Part shown: one piece after another, positions 1 through 12,767 of the stretch
Position numbering within the stretch: the first letter of the stretch is position 1
Layout: each line of letters starts with the position of its first letter
From: Octopus sinensis
Taxonomy: Eukaryota
Assembly (NCBI RefSeq): GCF_006345805.1
Contig: NW_021833116.1
Span: forward strand, 1 to 64,000
DNA length: 64,000 bases
Direction: 5' to 3'
Program-made: the position numbers and the translations under genes
The notes under the pieces: model-generated
What the model saw: only the letters and a program-made list of their open reading frames with translations
Databases searched by the model: none
What the model was told of the DNA's origin: nothing

Positions 1-155
1 CCAAAAACAAACCAAAAATACTGATAAAATCTATTTCCGTTAATAACTACCGACTTGTGTATCTTGTTTTTAATATTACTCAATCAAAAATTAAATTTTT
101 GTAAATAATTTTTAATCAAATATTTAAAATAAAATTCCCTTATTCTTGTTGTGGT

Positions 156-1185
156 ATGGAAAATTCAACAGAAGATTGCCTAAACAATTGTTTGGAGTCT
201 GACCAGTCAAACAAAACCTCAGACAGCCAGACTAACCTCAAAATCACATCATTCAACTACAAATCACCCCTCAGTCGGGAAGATAGGCAATTAATTAATA
301 TCACATTTTAGTACTCGACATATTCTTATAGACACACAAAACGACGGTTTATTTAATAAGATAATCTTTTAGACACAAATATGATACAAGTATGAGGGCA
401 TTAAGCATTTCTGTAGTCCCCAAAGCCCCTCTCCAGCTCAATATTCCGGGATTTTGACCCTCTCCACATTCCTACTCCAGAAAATGGCGATCCTTTTATA
501 GCTTCCAGCACAAACCTCAATTCGATAGAATTTCCCGCCATTTCTGACTTCCCGGAGCAGTCTCCTGAGGTGAATGTCCCTAAAAGGACTCTGGCAGACC
601 AGCTTTTAGCACTGTATAAATCAACGACCCTTGAAATTATGTGTTTGGAGTTTTTTTGCCAAAAAATAGACAAATATGAGTCGGAGGTTGCGAAATGGCG
701 AGAATCTGAGCTCAATTTGAAGAAAAACGTGGAATGTATGAAGAATGACTACACGGCACTGGAAGCCTCATTTCACAACCTCCACGACCGATTTGAGAAG
801 GCTCGTGGTCTCCTGGTAGAGTCTGAGCAAGTTTGGGAGAGGGGTCTATTCGATAGGCTCGGTCAGAACTGGAGTCGACGAATGGCTTGTTGAACAAAGA
901 AGTAGAAAAACTGACAGAAAAATATAATTTGTTGTTGGAGAAGGCGCAGAATAAGCTTGAGGAGTTAGGATGGGTGTATTATGGTTGTAGGGCTAATTCG
1001 GCTATTTGTGAAATGGGCAATCAACATAGCACTGATGTGGCTGCTGTCGAGGAAAATTATCGCAAGATTGAGATGAAGAATGCCTATTTGGTGAGTTGTC
1101 TCAATGCCAAGGTTTTCTGATTTTCAAATCTCAGGAAGCCGAGTTGGCCCAAATAAAGACAATTTTTAACCAATATATGACCTAA
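156..1185 (+). CDS. TACC: TACC-family coiled-coil protein; at least 6 micro-introns including one GC-AG
   Basis: C-terminal NDYTALEASFHNLHDRFEKARG...EKYNLLLEKAQNKLEE..AN resembles the TACC domain. An open frame runs from ATG 156 to TAA 1183-1185 via introns 287-311 (GC-AG), 347-372, 390-416, 831-856, ~965-991 and 1112-1134. Confidence 0.7.
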
Positions 1186-1544
1186 GTTCATTCTGTTTTA
1201 AATGCTTTTCTATAATTCGTTCATGTATCTTTAATGGAGAGTGGATAGCTTTTAAATACCCAAAGATTTAGTAAAGAGTCGCGGATTTGATAATGAAATT
1301 ACACAAAGAACAAAAAACTATATCAGAAGAGGGTTAGAACAAGTTTAATATTAGTAAAATTAAAAAATGTAATTATTCGGTGTCGATCATGAATTTATCA
1401 TTAATGTTAATTAATTATCATATTTAACGGCTGTTTAAAATGATTGAATATCTGAAATAAATTTTTCATTATGAATGATAAAAAGAGAATAATTATTAAT
1501 CTAACTAATTTTTTTGATTTTTGCTTTGATAAAATAGTTTGACT

Positions 1545-2140
1545 TGAATAAGACACAATTTCAATGGATAACTCTCAAATGCGTATTTAGTTGACTAAAA
1601 ACACAATTTCATTTCAGTATCTTGCTACTAATGGGAGAGTGGATAGTTTTTAAATGCCCATTCAGTTCACTTGAATGAGACAAAATTTGTCTATTTTGTT
1701 GACCAAAATGATACACAATTTCATTCAACTATCTTACTACTAATGGAAGAGGATAGCTCTCAATAAATGCCCATTTAGTTGACTAGAATAGCACACAAGT
1801 TGCCTATTTAGTTGACTTGAATGAGACACGATTTCATTTAAGTATTTTACTACTAATGGGAGAGGAGAGCTCTCAATAAATGCTTATATAGCTGACTTGA
1901 TTGAGACACAATTTTATTCAACTATCTTGCTTTTCTATAATTCGTTATTCGTTCATGTATCTTTAATGGAGAGTGGATAGCTCTCAATAAATGCCTATTC
2001 AGTTCACGTGAATGAGACAAAATTTTGTCTATTCAGTTCACTTCGGACTCTCCTTCCTACTCTCGATTAGTCACAACTAATGGGAGAGGATATCTCTTAT
2101 GCCTATTTAATTGACTAGAATGAGACACAATTTGTTTATT
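1545..2140. repeat. Degenerate tandem array, ~112-bp period, ~5 units plus a partial unit, with internal sub-repeats
   Basis: The motif ctaatgg(g)agag(t)ggatagct(ctcaat)aaatgcc recurs at ~1628, 1740, 1853, 1964 and 2078. A ~50-bp piece is also copied at 1203-1250. Confidence 0.85.
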
Positions 2141-2161
2141 TTGTTACCGAATATACAAAAA

Positions 2162-3802
2162 CTAATAAGGACGGTCATTGAACTCTCCCAGGTTGCTTTG
2201 ATGACTGTCATCTACAACATTATAAACAATCCAAACAATAATCCCCACGAAACTGGCCATAGTTCATTCCATCTATCATATAAACACAAATAAATACACG
2301 AAGGACCAGAAAAGCGAGAACCAGATGGCCGACTGTAAACAGGAACCGGCCTCCGAGGAACCTCGAGTGGCTCAGTCCCCTCCAAACCAGGTATTTTCCC
2401 CACATATTTACAATTTTGCATATCACTGAGAATAGTCAGCACATCTGACTCTCCTTCCTCCTCTCGATTAGTCCCTCCATTGGCCACAAACTCAAGCTGA
2501 GATTGATCCCCAGGCTGATAACGCGTCCAGAACTTAATAGAATGGTCATTCGACCCAGAAACAAGCAAATGGCCAAGAGGATGCCACGACAGTGACCACA
2601 CAGTACTGTCATGGGCGTCCTGCACCACCCCAATCTCCTTCTCAGTCCCCACCGACCAGTAGAAAATAGACCCATCATTCCCCCCACTCGCAAATACATC
2701 CCCATAAAGCGGATGCCACTCCAATACTACAACTCCCCCAATAAGGGTACCACTCACTTCCTTCTTGTGCCCCACAAATGACTGAATTGGCACACTCAGC
2801 TTCCTCGTATCAAATAATTTGATCGTCCTGTCCTCCGATCCCGACAGTAGTCGATTCCCGTCCACACTCCACCGGACATGAGTCACCCCTGCCTTATGCA
2901 CGTGACTAAACCCTCCTATATATATTTCTACAGTGTCCTCAGACTAGTCTCAGTCCGGGGGTCCCAAAACTTGATTGGACGTTGGGAATCCCTACTTCCG
3001 GAGACGAGGAGCCCCATTTGAGGGTGCCAATCCACGGAGGACACATCCGCTCCGTGTTCTACACTCCCCATACCACGGAATACCACGGAATATCCTCTCT
3101 TCTCGACAGGATATGAAATCCCAGACCCTCACTGTCCCATCGTTGGAGGAGGAGGCGAATTTGACGTCGTTGGGGGAGAAGGACAGTGATCTGACTGACT
3201 CCTTGTGGGCCTGGAACATTTTTACGTTGTTCATGTTGGGCTGCCAGTATTTAAGGAAGCCCAGACTGTCCCCCGAGACCAGCCAGTTGTCGTTGTGACT
3301 CCACGCCATTGCCTGAATTGCCTCATCGTGGGCCTACTGCTTTAAAATATCACCAACTTGCAAAATTGTCTCGAAATTGAAAACCAGGCCATTCCAGAGG
3401 GTGAATTCTCCACTGGCCGAGCCTGTGGTCAATCTCCGGCCATCGGGAGTCCACTAGTCATATTTAGCCCACTGACCATGACAGTGTAGATTGGACACCT
3501 CTTCTTGTTGGTGGCTTGTTTGACAAATCGAGTGCACGTGACTGAGACTGCACTGGATAGAGAAGGGCAGGGCTTTCTTGTCTGGTTGTTTTATTTGTTT
3601 TTATTACTTGGAAGGCGTATAATTCGTTTGGTTGAATGCACTGCTTTCTTCGGCCTGGGAATTTTGAGATGTGTCTGTTTTGTACATAGTAGAGGGCAGA
3701 GGAGTTATAGTCGATTGTTTTACGGTATAATGACTTTCTTAAACGTTTTCCGTCGAAGGTCAGTTTTACGTTTGGCCGGGAAATGGAATCTTCTGTTATC
3801 AT
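2162..3802 (-). CDS. WDR33: WDR33/Pfs2 mRNA 3'-end processing WD40 protein
   Basis: [53 protein letters not shown] and GHKKE..LEWHP motifs; ~8 GT-AG introns of 23-37 nt. Confidence 0.93.
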
Positions 3803-4018
3803 TTTTTTGTTGTACCACTACGATTAATAAAATTGTTTTATTTATTTTTAATATATTTTATTATTTGTTGTAATATAATATTTACTTTTTACTAATACTT
3901 ATAAAATTAAATTAACACTTTATTAAAATTTAAAATAAACAATTTTTCTTTATTTTAATGTAGTTATTTTTTACAATAAATAATATAAAGTTAAAAAATT
4001 TATATAAAAATTAAACAA

Positions 4019-5389
4019 CTAAAATAAAATAAATATATCAATATTCATCAGATGATTCTTGTGGTGCCATCTATTATAGTCACAAAACAAGCTCACTCGA
4101 ATACTACTGGGACGAGCCTGAGACCTGATATACAAACTATCAACATGTGATGACTGTCCCCACCCAGTCCCATCAATATCTCTGTGTCCTGCATGATACA
4201 CAGTCCCCGGAACAATCCTCCCAACTTCAACAAAGTCAACAGACTTGACTGACTTAACCATTCTCACAAGCTTGGAGGGAAAATTCCCGACTTGCAAAGT
4301 TCTGAGATTCTGCCCCCTCCACTCATAGTCATCCCTCCAATCAATCACAGCAATACAGTCACGTGCTGTCACCTTCAGCCCCCTCTCCCACCTGTCCTTT
4401 GCCTCAACCACTGGAATACACATCTACACTCAATATACCACTCATTACATCATTTAGTTGTAGAATTAATGATATAAATGAAGGTCTCTTCCTTGAGACC
4501 CAAATCCGCTTAAGGATGCCTTCTAAGGGGAAAGGACAGGTGTCGTTCTTAGGGAGTGTCTTCTCTTTGTGTGCCACCAACAATTCTTGGGGACTGAAGC
4601 CTTCCCAGGGGGGTGTTTTATGTGCAAATATTTCCCAAACAGTCACTCCAAATGACCACACGTCACCATCTTTGGTTATTCTAGAACATTCTAGAAGTTC
4701 TGGGGCTCGCCAGGCTGGGTTGTTGAGAGAGAAGTCACATGGGAGGTAATAATCGGTTATTTTGACCACATTTACTGGAGAAAGAAGGACTTGGCTGGCA
4801 GAGAGAGAGCCATGGATAATATTATTGATATGTAGAAAGGCCATTCCACTGGCTATTTGTCTTGAAAAGTGTAGGAGTCTGTTTATTGGGGGGAGAATAG
4901 GCTGATCATTCAGAAATTCTCTAAGGGTCCCCCCTTGGATAAATGTGGTGATTATGAGGAGTGGGGATTCGACTGTTAGGCCTATTAACTGGACTAAATT
5001 GGCATGTTCCAGACTAATGAACATATTTCTGTCCAGTTTTGAGGGTTTTGTGTCAATAGATTTGACTGCCACTCTCATTCCGGCCATAAATCCTTCATGG
5101 ACAGTCGTGCTCTGTCCACTGCCGATGAGGCGTGTGTATGTTATGTCCTCATGTGGCACACAAATGACGGAATCAGCAGATGTGGATTGGTTTATTGCTT
5201 TTATTAATATTCGTGCAGAATTCTTGTTTATTCCCACTGATTTGATGAGTTTAATACTCAGTTGAGAATGTCTATTGGTATAAGAGGGTGGGTGTACTCG
5301 GAGATTTTACTTTTGAGAGGATAGTAGTGGTGGAGGAGGCCTAATTTGGCCATTGTGTATTTTAGAGTAGATTTGTCAACTGATGACAT
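4019..5389 (-). CDS. ACK/TNK2-like protein (SAM-like, degenerate kinase, SH3, CRIB); probable pseudokinase
   Basis: Tyr-kinase-like fold (VAVK, W.APE, DVWSFGVTVWEIF) followed by an SH3 with WRGQNLRTLQVGNFP and a CRIB-like HAGHRD..GWG..VDSLY. The catalytic loop is HGSLSASQ and DFG is DYY. Confidence 0.75.
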
Positions 5390-6439
5390 CAAGGCACTGA
5401 TTAGATACCACAAAATAGTGTATTTTTTTCGGATTAAGTTTTATTTTATTCTAAATATTGAACAATTTTTTAATTTATTTTTATTTTTAAATAATTTGTT
5501 TTTTTGTGATTACACTTTGTAAATAAATTATAATTTATAACTCACGTGCTGGCTATTTTCATTAAGTCACAGGAAAAACCATTTTTTAATCTACAGTTGA
5601 AACTTTCTTAATTTTATTCTGAGAATATTTTTTAGTTTATAAAAAAAATATTTATGATGTTTATGAAAACCCAGAAAATTGATATTAGTATATTTTAATG
5701 GTTAATAGGGTGTTCTGTTATTATAGTTGTCGGGAATGGAAAAGTGACAAAGTCCTGGTCCTCTGCGGCATTTGTCCTTGTATGACATTCTGTGTTGTTG
5801 TACTTTCTATTTAAATTCAAAAAATAGCAAAACCTCATAAAATTCGTTCATTTCGGCCATTTTTTTGGGGGACGAATTTAAAAAGTCGAAATAATTTTTA
5901 GGGAAATTAGCTTTTCGAGTGTTTTGTCGTGCTTCCCAAACAAGGTTGGGTCTGTTTGTGAAATACGTGGGAATCGACCCTCCTTTAATACTCCCAGACT
6001 CCTCCACGCATTTGAGACGATTATAAATAAAATAATCCGCACTTATATTCCCAAATGTATCCCCAAAACGATACTTTGTTGTCGGCACGTGTCCTAGGTA
6101 GCTGCCATGGCTTAGTTAGTTCACATTTACCCCGGCATTTGACTTGGAATGCAGTAAGTGGATTTATAAGTCGTTTCAGCGTTCTTCTTTGCCTCGCACA
6201 TTATTTACTTATGTTTCCATGGGTATTCCGATTTATGAAAATAGTCCATTTTTATTAATTTGATAAAAATAAGCTTTTTTATTAAACAGGTTTGGAAAAA
6301 ATTGTGTGAAATATCACAAAACTGGAAAGCCTAAACTTTCAATATGGCCGGAATATTTTAACTTCTTGTCTCAAGGAACTGGAAACCTTCAAAAATAATG
6401 CACGAATGTGTCTGGCTGTTTAGAGAAAGAAAAGAAGCT

Positions 6440-7720
6440 CCAAATTTCAGCTCTCAACCAACAAAGGAACTGTAATATCGTACTCGGGGGAACAGGCGAA
6501 GCTTATAGCGGATTTATTTTAACAACACTGAGCCAATTTTGTTTTGCTCTGGCTCACTGCGATTCCTGAGGAATATAATCACTTGCCGGAGTTTACAAAG
6601 GCAGTTAGCAGGCTTAAAAACAATCGACGACATCAATGCGAAGCTTCTGAAATACGGACCATTTTAGACCTAATTTCTATAAAATCTTATTCCTTGTCTA
6701 AATATAGAAATTTGGAACATTAAGAATATACTCAACGATATGTTTGTCACAAACGACTTACTCCTGCTTGGCTCTGGGGTCCTAATTCCTATTTAAAAGT
6801 CGGACAAGTCCGTTGGCCCAGTAGAAAACCTCTGCCCAGTCATTCTGCTGAACTGCCTCAGGAAGATTCTCTCATTGATTGTGCTGGATTGAATCAAGGA
6901 CAGATTTTTGTCTCCAAATCACAATGGTTTAAAGAAGGACGTTCAACTGCAGACGTCTGTGGAGTCACCGATGGCGGTTCACAACACACCAAAGATATAA
7001 AAAGGCATCAATATGTCAAAAGCGTTGACTCCATCCGTCGAGATTTACTCATGAAGAGTTTAAACGAAGATGACATCAAAATGATAAGAGTATTACTAAC
7101 AAAGACGAAACTTGCTGTTCGTCTTGGAACAACATCGTCCAGACCTTTCCTGACAAATGTGGGAACCTCTCAAGGCGACTTTCTCTTGCCTCTGCTGTTT
7201 GTGATCTACTTCAAGGCTGCCTTGCGAGATTTGAGAAGTCTATATGGTGCAAATCACCAAACTAATTTACGCTGATGACTTTGTGTCGACCGACTATTGG
7301 TGATTGCACCTGGAAAATGGTTTCTAATTATGAACAAAACCGATGTCACCTTCGAATAGCCAGCTTATGGAGACTGTCGAAAAAGCTTGGCTCACTGCTT
7401 GGAGACCGGGAGAACATAATGCGCAGAAGAACTCTGGACGCTGCTGGTATAAAAACCGTCATAAAAAACTGGCTAAGAAATTGACCTCTCACTACGCTCA
7501 GAATCTACAATGCCTTTGTAAAACCCGTCTTAATGTATAATTCATCTACATGGGGCATTTCTGATACCGAACTAAGGAACAAACTGACGGCTGTTCTGCA
7601 ACATGAAAAACCCTAAACAATTGCGATGATCTGGACGAACTCTGCAGACAGGCCCAAATCCGCAGAAAGCGGAAAACGGTGGTTAAGCAGGTCGTATCAT
7701 ATGTGGCACGTGAATATGAC
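6440..7720 (+). mobile_element. Degenerate RTE-like non-LTR retrotransposon (RT region to 3' end, internally deleted)
   Basis: Broken RT motifs: GRSTAD, VGTSQGDFLLPLLF, YADD, KKLGSLLGD, YNAFVKPVLMYNSSTWG, DDLDEL. Confidence 0.8.
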
Positions 7721-7959
7721 TTATTCTGTTCTTGTTCCTATGGGAAGTGCTATAACAACAATGGCACGTGCTAAAAATTCATATGTCAAAAATAAAAAAA
7801 TTGTCCTAATTTGTTGGTATATGGTATACAATGATACAAAAAAAGAACAAAACACAAAAATAAGATTCTATCTCTCCCCCTTATATCTCCTGTCCAAAAA
7901 TCACCAAGTCCTCTCAAAAAATAAAAAACAAATAAGAGCATAATAATCAAACAAACAAA

Positions 7960-8594
7960 TTAGACATTTTTATCACGATTTGATTGCCAAATAAAGATCC
8001 TGCTCATATTGACTTCCAGAATAGTCTTCTGGTCCTGAATATAGTTGAGCCGCTCATCCAACTTGGCAATCTGTCTGAGTGCTTCCTTATAGTTCTTGTC
8101 TAAAAATGCTTCTGCCTCATCCAACTCATATTCCATCATTATATTCGCCTGCATCCTTTATAACACATTTATACTCCCAGCAGTAAATACACACTCGATA
8201 CTGAGCTTATTCGAGCCTTCGAATAGACCTGACTACAAAGCAGATAACTGCACGTGAGATCCTCGTCTCCACTCAGCGTCTTTAGGTGTCTTACTGAGTC
8301 CAAGGAAGCCGTAAAGTCGGGGATTTGTTTCAGGTAACTTGATATTGAGAATCAATGATTTAAACCGAGATTTGCTTAGAGAAAAGTTTGATTCGATGTA
8401 TCTGAATTTCCTGTGTAGATCTTGGAATCGTTCGAGTGCTCCTTGTGCGTCCCCTTTATTGAGTTCCATGAAGGAATCTACGTCTTCCTGGAATAAATTT
8501 GGAAATTTATTTTTTATACCACAAATTCGGCTTTTATAAAATGATCAAAATTGTCTGGATTTTTGCTGATAGTTCCATTACCGTTTTCTGACAT
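7960..8594 (-). CDS. VBP1: Prefoldin subunit 3 (VBP1)
   Basis: AEFV/EDVDSFM, KFRYIE, ANIMMEYELDEAEAFL..N and DQKTILEVNMSRI motifs; micro-introns. Confidence 0.88.
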
Positions 8595-9293
8595 TATTTC
8601 GAACAACTACGCACAACAACTGAAACTCAGGTTTTTAATTATGTATTTAAAAATATTAAAGATAATAAAAAACTTCAAATATTAACCATAGAAAAAAAAA
8701 TAGAAAAATTATTCTGATTCTTATTGTTTTTAATATCTACTTCACCCCCCACAGTAAGCCATCACTACAAACTTGCTACAAAGCCTCTGGGAATCAGTTC
8801 TATTAGAATTTAGTATTAATCGGGCTCATAATGACAGAGTTGTTAACTTTTCTTATTAGCAGTGCTTACTGACTTTGTCCCAATATAATACTTGATATGT
8901 GGTTTAGAAATTTGATCAAATAATTTTTTGTGTCTTTTTGGAATATTTAAATGTTTCTTTTTTGGGTGAATTCGAGAATTTCCCTGAGAAATTTGTATTT
9001 TTATTTAAAAAATGGCGGATTCGAGAGAGTTTATTGCATTCAAATATTTCATTTTTTGTTTTAGTTAATAAAAAACGCCAAAGAATTATTTAACCCTCAT
9101 AATTTCTATTTATGGACAATGAATAAGATTTTATGGAAATTTGGTCTAAAAATGAATTGTACATAGAAAAATAAAACAAAATTGTAGTAAAACCGTTAGT
9201 AAAATCGTATAAAATAAAATAGTTTTGCTAAGCCTAGTATTGCATAGCACATTAGTGGTGAGTGTGATCCATTTGAAACTACAGAAATATTAT

Positions 9294-10223
9294 TTAAAAA
9301 AAAACTTTTCCAGAGTTATGTCGACGTTGTGGGTCATATCTTGATTGGTAAATTGAATAATCGGTTGTTTCTTGATTATTTTGTAAGGAATTTCGATAGT
9401 AGTCAAAACTGGATGCCAGCTGTATTCCGTTCTCAGGGTTGATTTGAGGAATAAAATTCGACATTTGCTGATATTGGACAAACGCGTTTGGATTGTGAGG
9501 GAATTGTCCGTTTTGGAAACTAGTTCCAAAGTTGGAATATGCTTGATAGTTAAATGGATTTTGTTGAGAGTACAAATCAGTCAATGGGGGTCTCGTAAAG
9601 TTGCCATTTTCAGGGAAATAATTTTCACTGATATTCATGCTATGACTGGATATAGGATGTGACACAACTTGATGTGTCATGTCCATAGGAATAAAATGAT
9701 GGTCCTTTTTTGCCAGATTTTTGTTTTTTCTACGTGGTCTGTATTTATAGTCCGGGTAGTCTCGCATGTGGATAGTTCGAAGTCTTCTGGACTCTTCGAC
9801 GAAAGGTTTTTTGTCTTCCTCGGATAACATCTTCCAATTATTTCCCAATCTTTTTGAAATTTCAGAATTATGCATTTTTGGATTTTCCGAAGACATTTTT
9901 TTACGTTGGACTCTCGACCAGACCATAAAAGAATTCATTGGTCTCTTGATTCTATTTTTTCCATTCGAAATTGGAGCACTTTCAACGTTCTGGTCTTGCT
10001 GGTAGTTAACAATCGAAGTTGATTGAGGATTGTTTTCAAATTTATCGGAGATTGAATTGTATTCCATTTGTGGAGCGGAGTACACTTTTTCCAAGTTATT
10101 AGAAACATTGAATTTGTAATGAGAATTATAATTTTCGTGGTATTTCTTTGATAATAAATTACCCGTTGAATCATTCTGATTGTATTCCAATTGTTGAATA
10201 GACATCAATTTATGCTGTTCCAT
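9294..10223 (-). CDS. SoxB: SoxB-type HMG-box transcription factor, intronless
   Basis: [37 protein letters not shown]...[11 protein letters not shown] in a 309-aa ORF. Confidence 0.93.
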   Translation of the reverse strand: MEQHKLMSIQQLEYNQNDSTGNLLSKKYHENYNSHYKFNVSNNLEKVYSAPQMEYNSISDKFENNPQSTSIVNYQQDQNVESAPISNGKNRIKRPMNSFMVWSRVQRKKMSSENPKMHNSEISKRLGNNWKMLSEEDKKPFVEESRRLRTIHMRDYPDYKYRPRRKNKNLAKKDHHFIPMDMTHQVVSHPISSHSMNISENYFPENGNFTRPPLTDLYSQQNPFNYQAYSNFGTSFQNGQFPHNPNAFVQYQQMSNFIPQINPENGIQLASSFDYYRNSLQNNQETTDYSIYQSRYDPQRRHNSGKVFF

Positions 10224-12767
10224 TTACTCTATAAATTATTATGAAAATAATAAGACCAACAAAATCTCCACACTCAAACTTTGTTTGCGAAACAATGACC
10301 ATTTGTTCTCTTGAATAGTCGAAATAACGCGTTTATACGCCGCCCTGACGACGCGTATTTTATTTTTCAACAAAATATGTCTTTAAACATTCAACCGTAA
10401 AATTAAAGCTCATCCCCTTTTTTAAAATATCTCAACATCAAATATTCGGGGAATTTTTAATGTTTTTCTACACGTAAAATAATTTTTTGGGTTAAATTGG
10501 TTTTAAGTGCGGTATTGAAATATGCACTTGTGGGAACAAAAGGGAGCCATAAATATTGGATTTTAGGCAATAAATCACAGCTGAATAGAAAAACTCTTTG
10601 TTATTGAGGTTTTATTAATGGGATGACGGAAAGTGGAAACAATAGGCTGACCCAATTCAAAATCTGAATTACTTTCGTATCCAAGGCATTAAAGAATTGA
10701 AGTAAATATGCCAACAATGCAAGTATTAAGCCACAAATCGACATTCGCTTATTGACGATTAAAGATGGTAGATGATAGGAAACGCTATATAATTATTAGA
10801 AATATTGAACAAGGAATAGACTGAAGACAATATCATTTATCAATTGCTGGAACATCAATCAAACCGCTTTGATTTGTGCACGTGCAAATACCCATTTTAT
10901 ATCCTAAAAAATATTTATTTTACCAAAAATACATTCATTTTTGATTATATAAAAATTGAGTCAATCATATTATATCACAATAATATTAACTCATATGGTC
11001 TTAATTAAAACTTTTAATTCTTTCTTCAATAAGTAGATGTATTATATCTTTCTTTAAAAATGATTGGTCTTCCTCACTTTGAATTAAACTATTACTTTAT
11101 AGTAACTGGCAATGGAGTGTATTTTGTCGGGGAATTGTTTTTTATAGTTGAAACACAATGGACTTCCAATTAAAATTGGCCAATTGTAAAAATATAATAA
11201 GGTAATTCATTTATTTCTCAATAGACGTGAATATTGCTGTCATAAAATCATTTTATGAAAAACAATAATTACAAGAATAAGAGAATATTGGTTTTTCTAT
11301 TATTTTACGTACATTAATTACGAAATTTTCTTTTTGATTTCCCAAAAATAATTTGAGTCTCACTTTCAATATTTAAAATCATAAATTATATTTTTTCAGT
11401 TATTTTGCCTTTTTCAAACTAGTTTCAATTATCAGGATTATTTTCTAGATTATAAAATTTATGTCAATATCCAAAGCTTTCATCAATCATAATCCGATTT
11501 ATAAAAGTCGTCAACATAAACCAATAATGAATGAAAATGTAGAAAAACAAATTCCATTTAATAATTGTGGATTCTTATGTCATTATGACGATCAAGATTT
11601 TCTACCAAAGCCATCATATTGCACGTGGCATCTCTTTTGGAAGCCGATCTTATTTCTGATGTCATTTATAAAGTCAGAAGTTAGTAGTTGTCAAGTCCTG
11701 TTTTTGCCTTTACAGCAGATTACTTCTGAGTTTCCAATGGCAGGATAAATGACAAATGAGAAAACATGTCCGTGCACGTTGAATTTAACTTTTTACTGAA
11801 ATTTTGATTGTCGTTCGCATTTTCTTATTTTTAGGATAAAGAATTTGAAATTGACACGAAAGAGTTAAAATATAAAAACCAACCTCATTGTTGTAAAATT
11901 TAAGAATCCCATACTTTCCTGAAACATTTGTTTATTTAAAAATATCCCAAAAGATATGACTGATTTTACCATTGGTGTATACTGTTTGCGGTATCTAAAA
12001 TACATTGTTTGTGGTATCTAAAAATAGAAGTGATTGATCGCTGCATTTTTAGGGTTAGGGTCTCCTCGGTGTATCGGGAAAAGTTCTTTTAAAATACCCT
12101 GAAAAGATGTGGGATACATCCATATTTATGGTAAGGAATTTGTTACAAAATAAAAAAAGTTATCCAAATGTACAATTTGGTTAGCTGGCTTTTTCAGAAA
12201 ATATCGGTCACTGTGCTTTGCGGAAACTGCTACTCAATACGGCGGCACTAAGCTGACTTTTAGGCTCAGATGTATTAACAACACAAAAATATAAGACCAC
12301 CGGTGACATTAATTAGGGAAATGAATTATTCGATTGACTAAATTTTATTTATCAGCATATAACATGATCTAAAATTTCCGTTTCTAACTATCAGTGTCAT
12401 ATAGATGATCACATCTTCTAACAGTAAAATGAGGTGTTCGGATAGGACAGTAAAATGAGCAAAGTTGTTGAGTTCAAAAATCAAAAAAAAGACACTCCGA
12501 AGCAGTAGCAAAAGCTTTTTGTTTGAATTTCAATTGGTCATAAAAATATAAATGTCTTTTTAGAAGTATCTCACAGAACATAACATCCAACGTGATTTCC
12601 AACGTTTTATTTCTTATTTCCTTTTTCTTTTTATAGGCTAGTCCTTATGGTGGAAACCTTAAATGTCTATTTATTTAAAAAATGAAATTCTTTGATGTTA
12701 GAATATTAAACTAAATTATTTTTTGAATAATTAAATTTTTTAATTAATTTTATTATTCTATTTTGTG

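Noticed and set aside
1545-2140. CRISPR-like array
   Set aside because: The segments between conserved heads are related to each other rather than unique spacers, there are no cas genes, and the context is eukaryotic
4676-4706. Strong HSE-like TTCTAGAACATTCTAGAAGTTC
   Set aside because: Lies in ACK coding sequence (PELLECSRI) and is explained by codons
12049-12060. Telomere-like TTAGGGTTAGGG
   Set aside because: Only two units; no junction evidence
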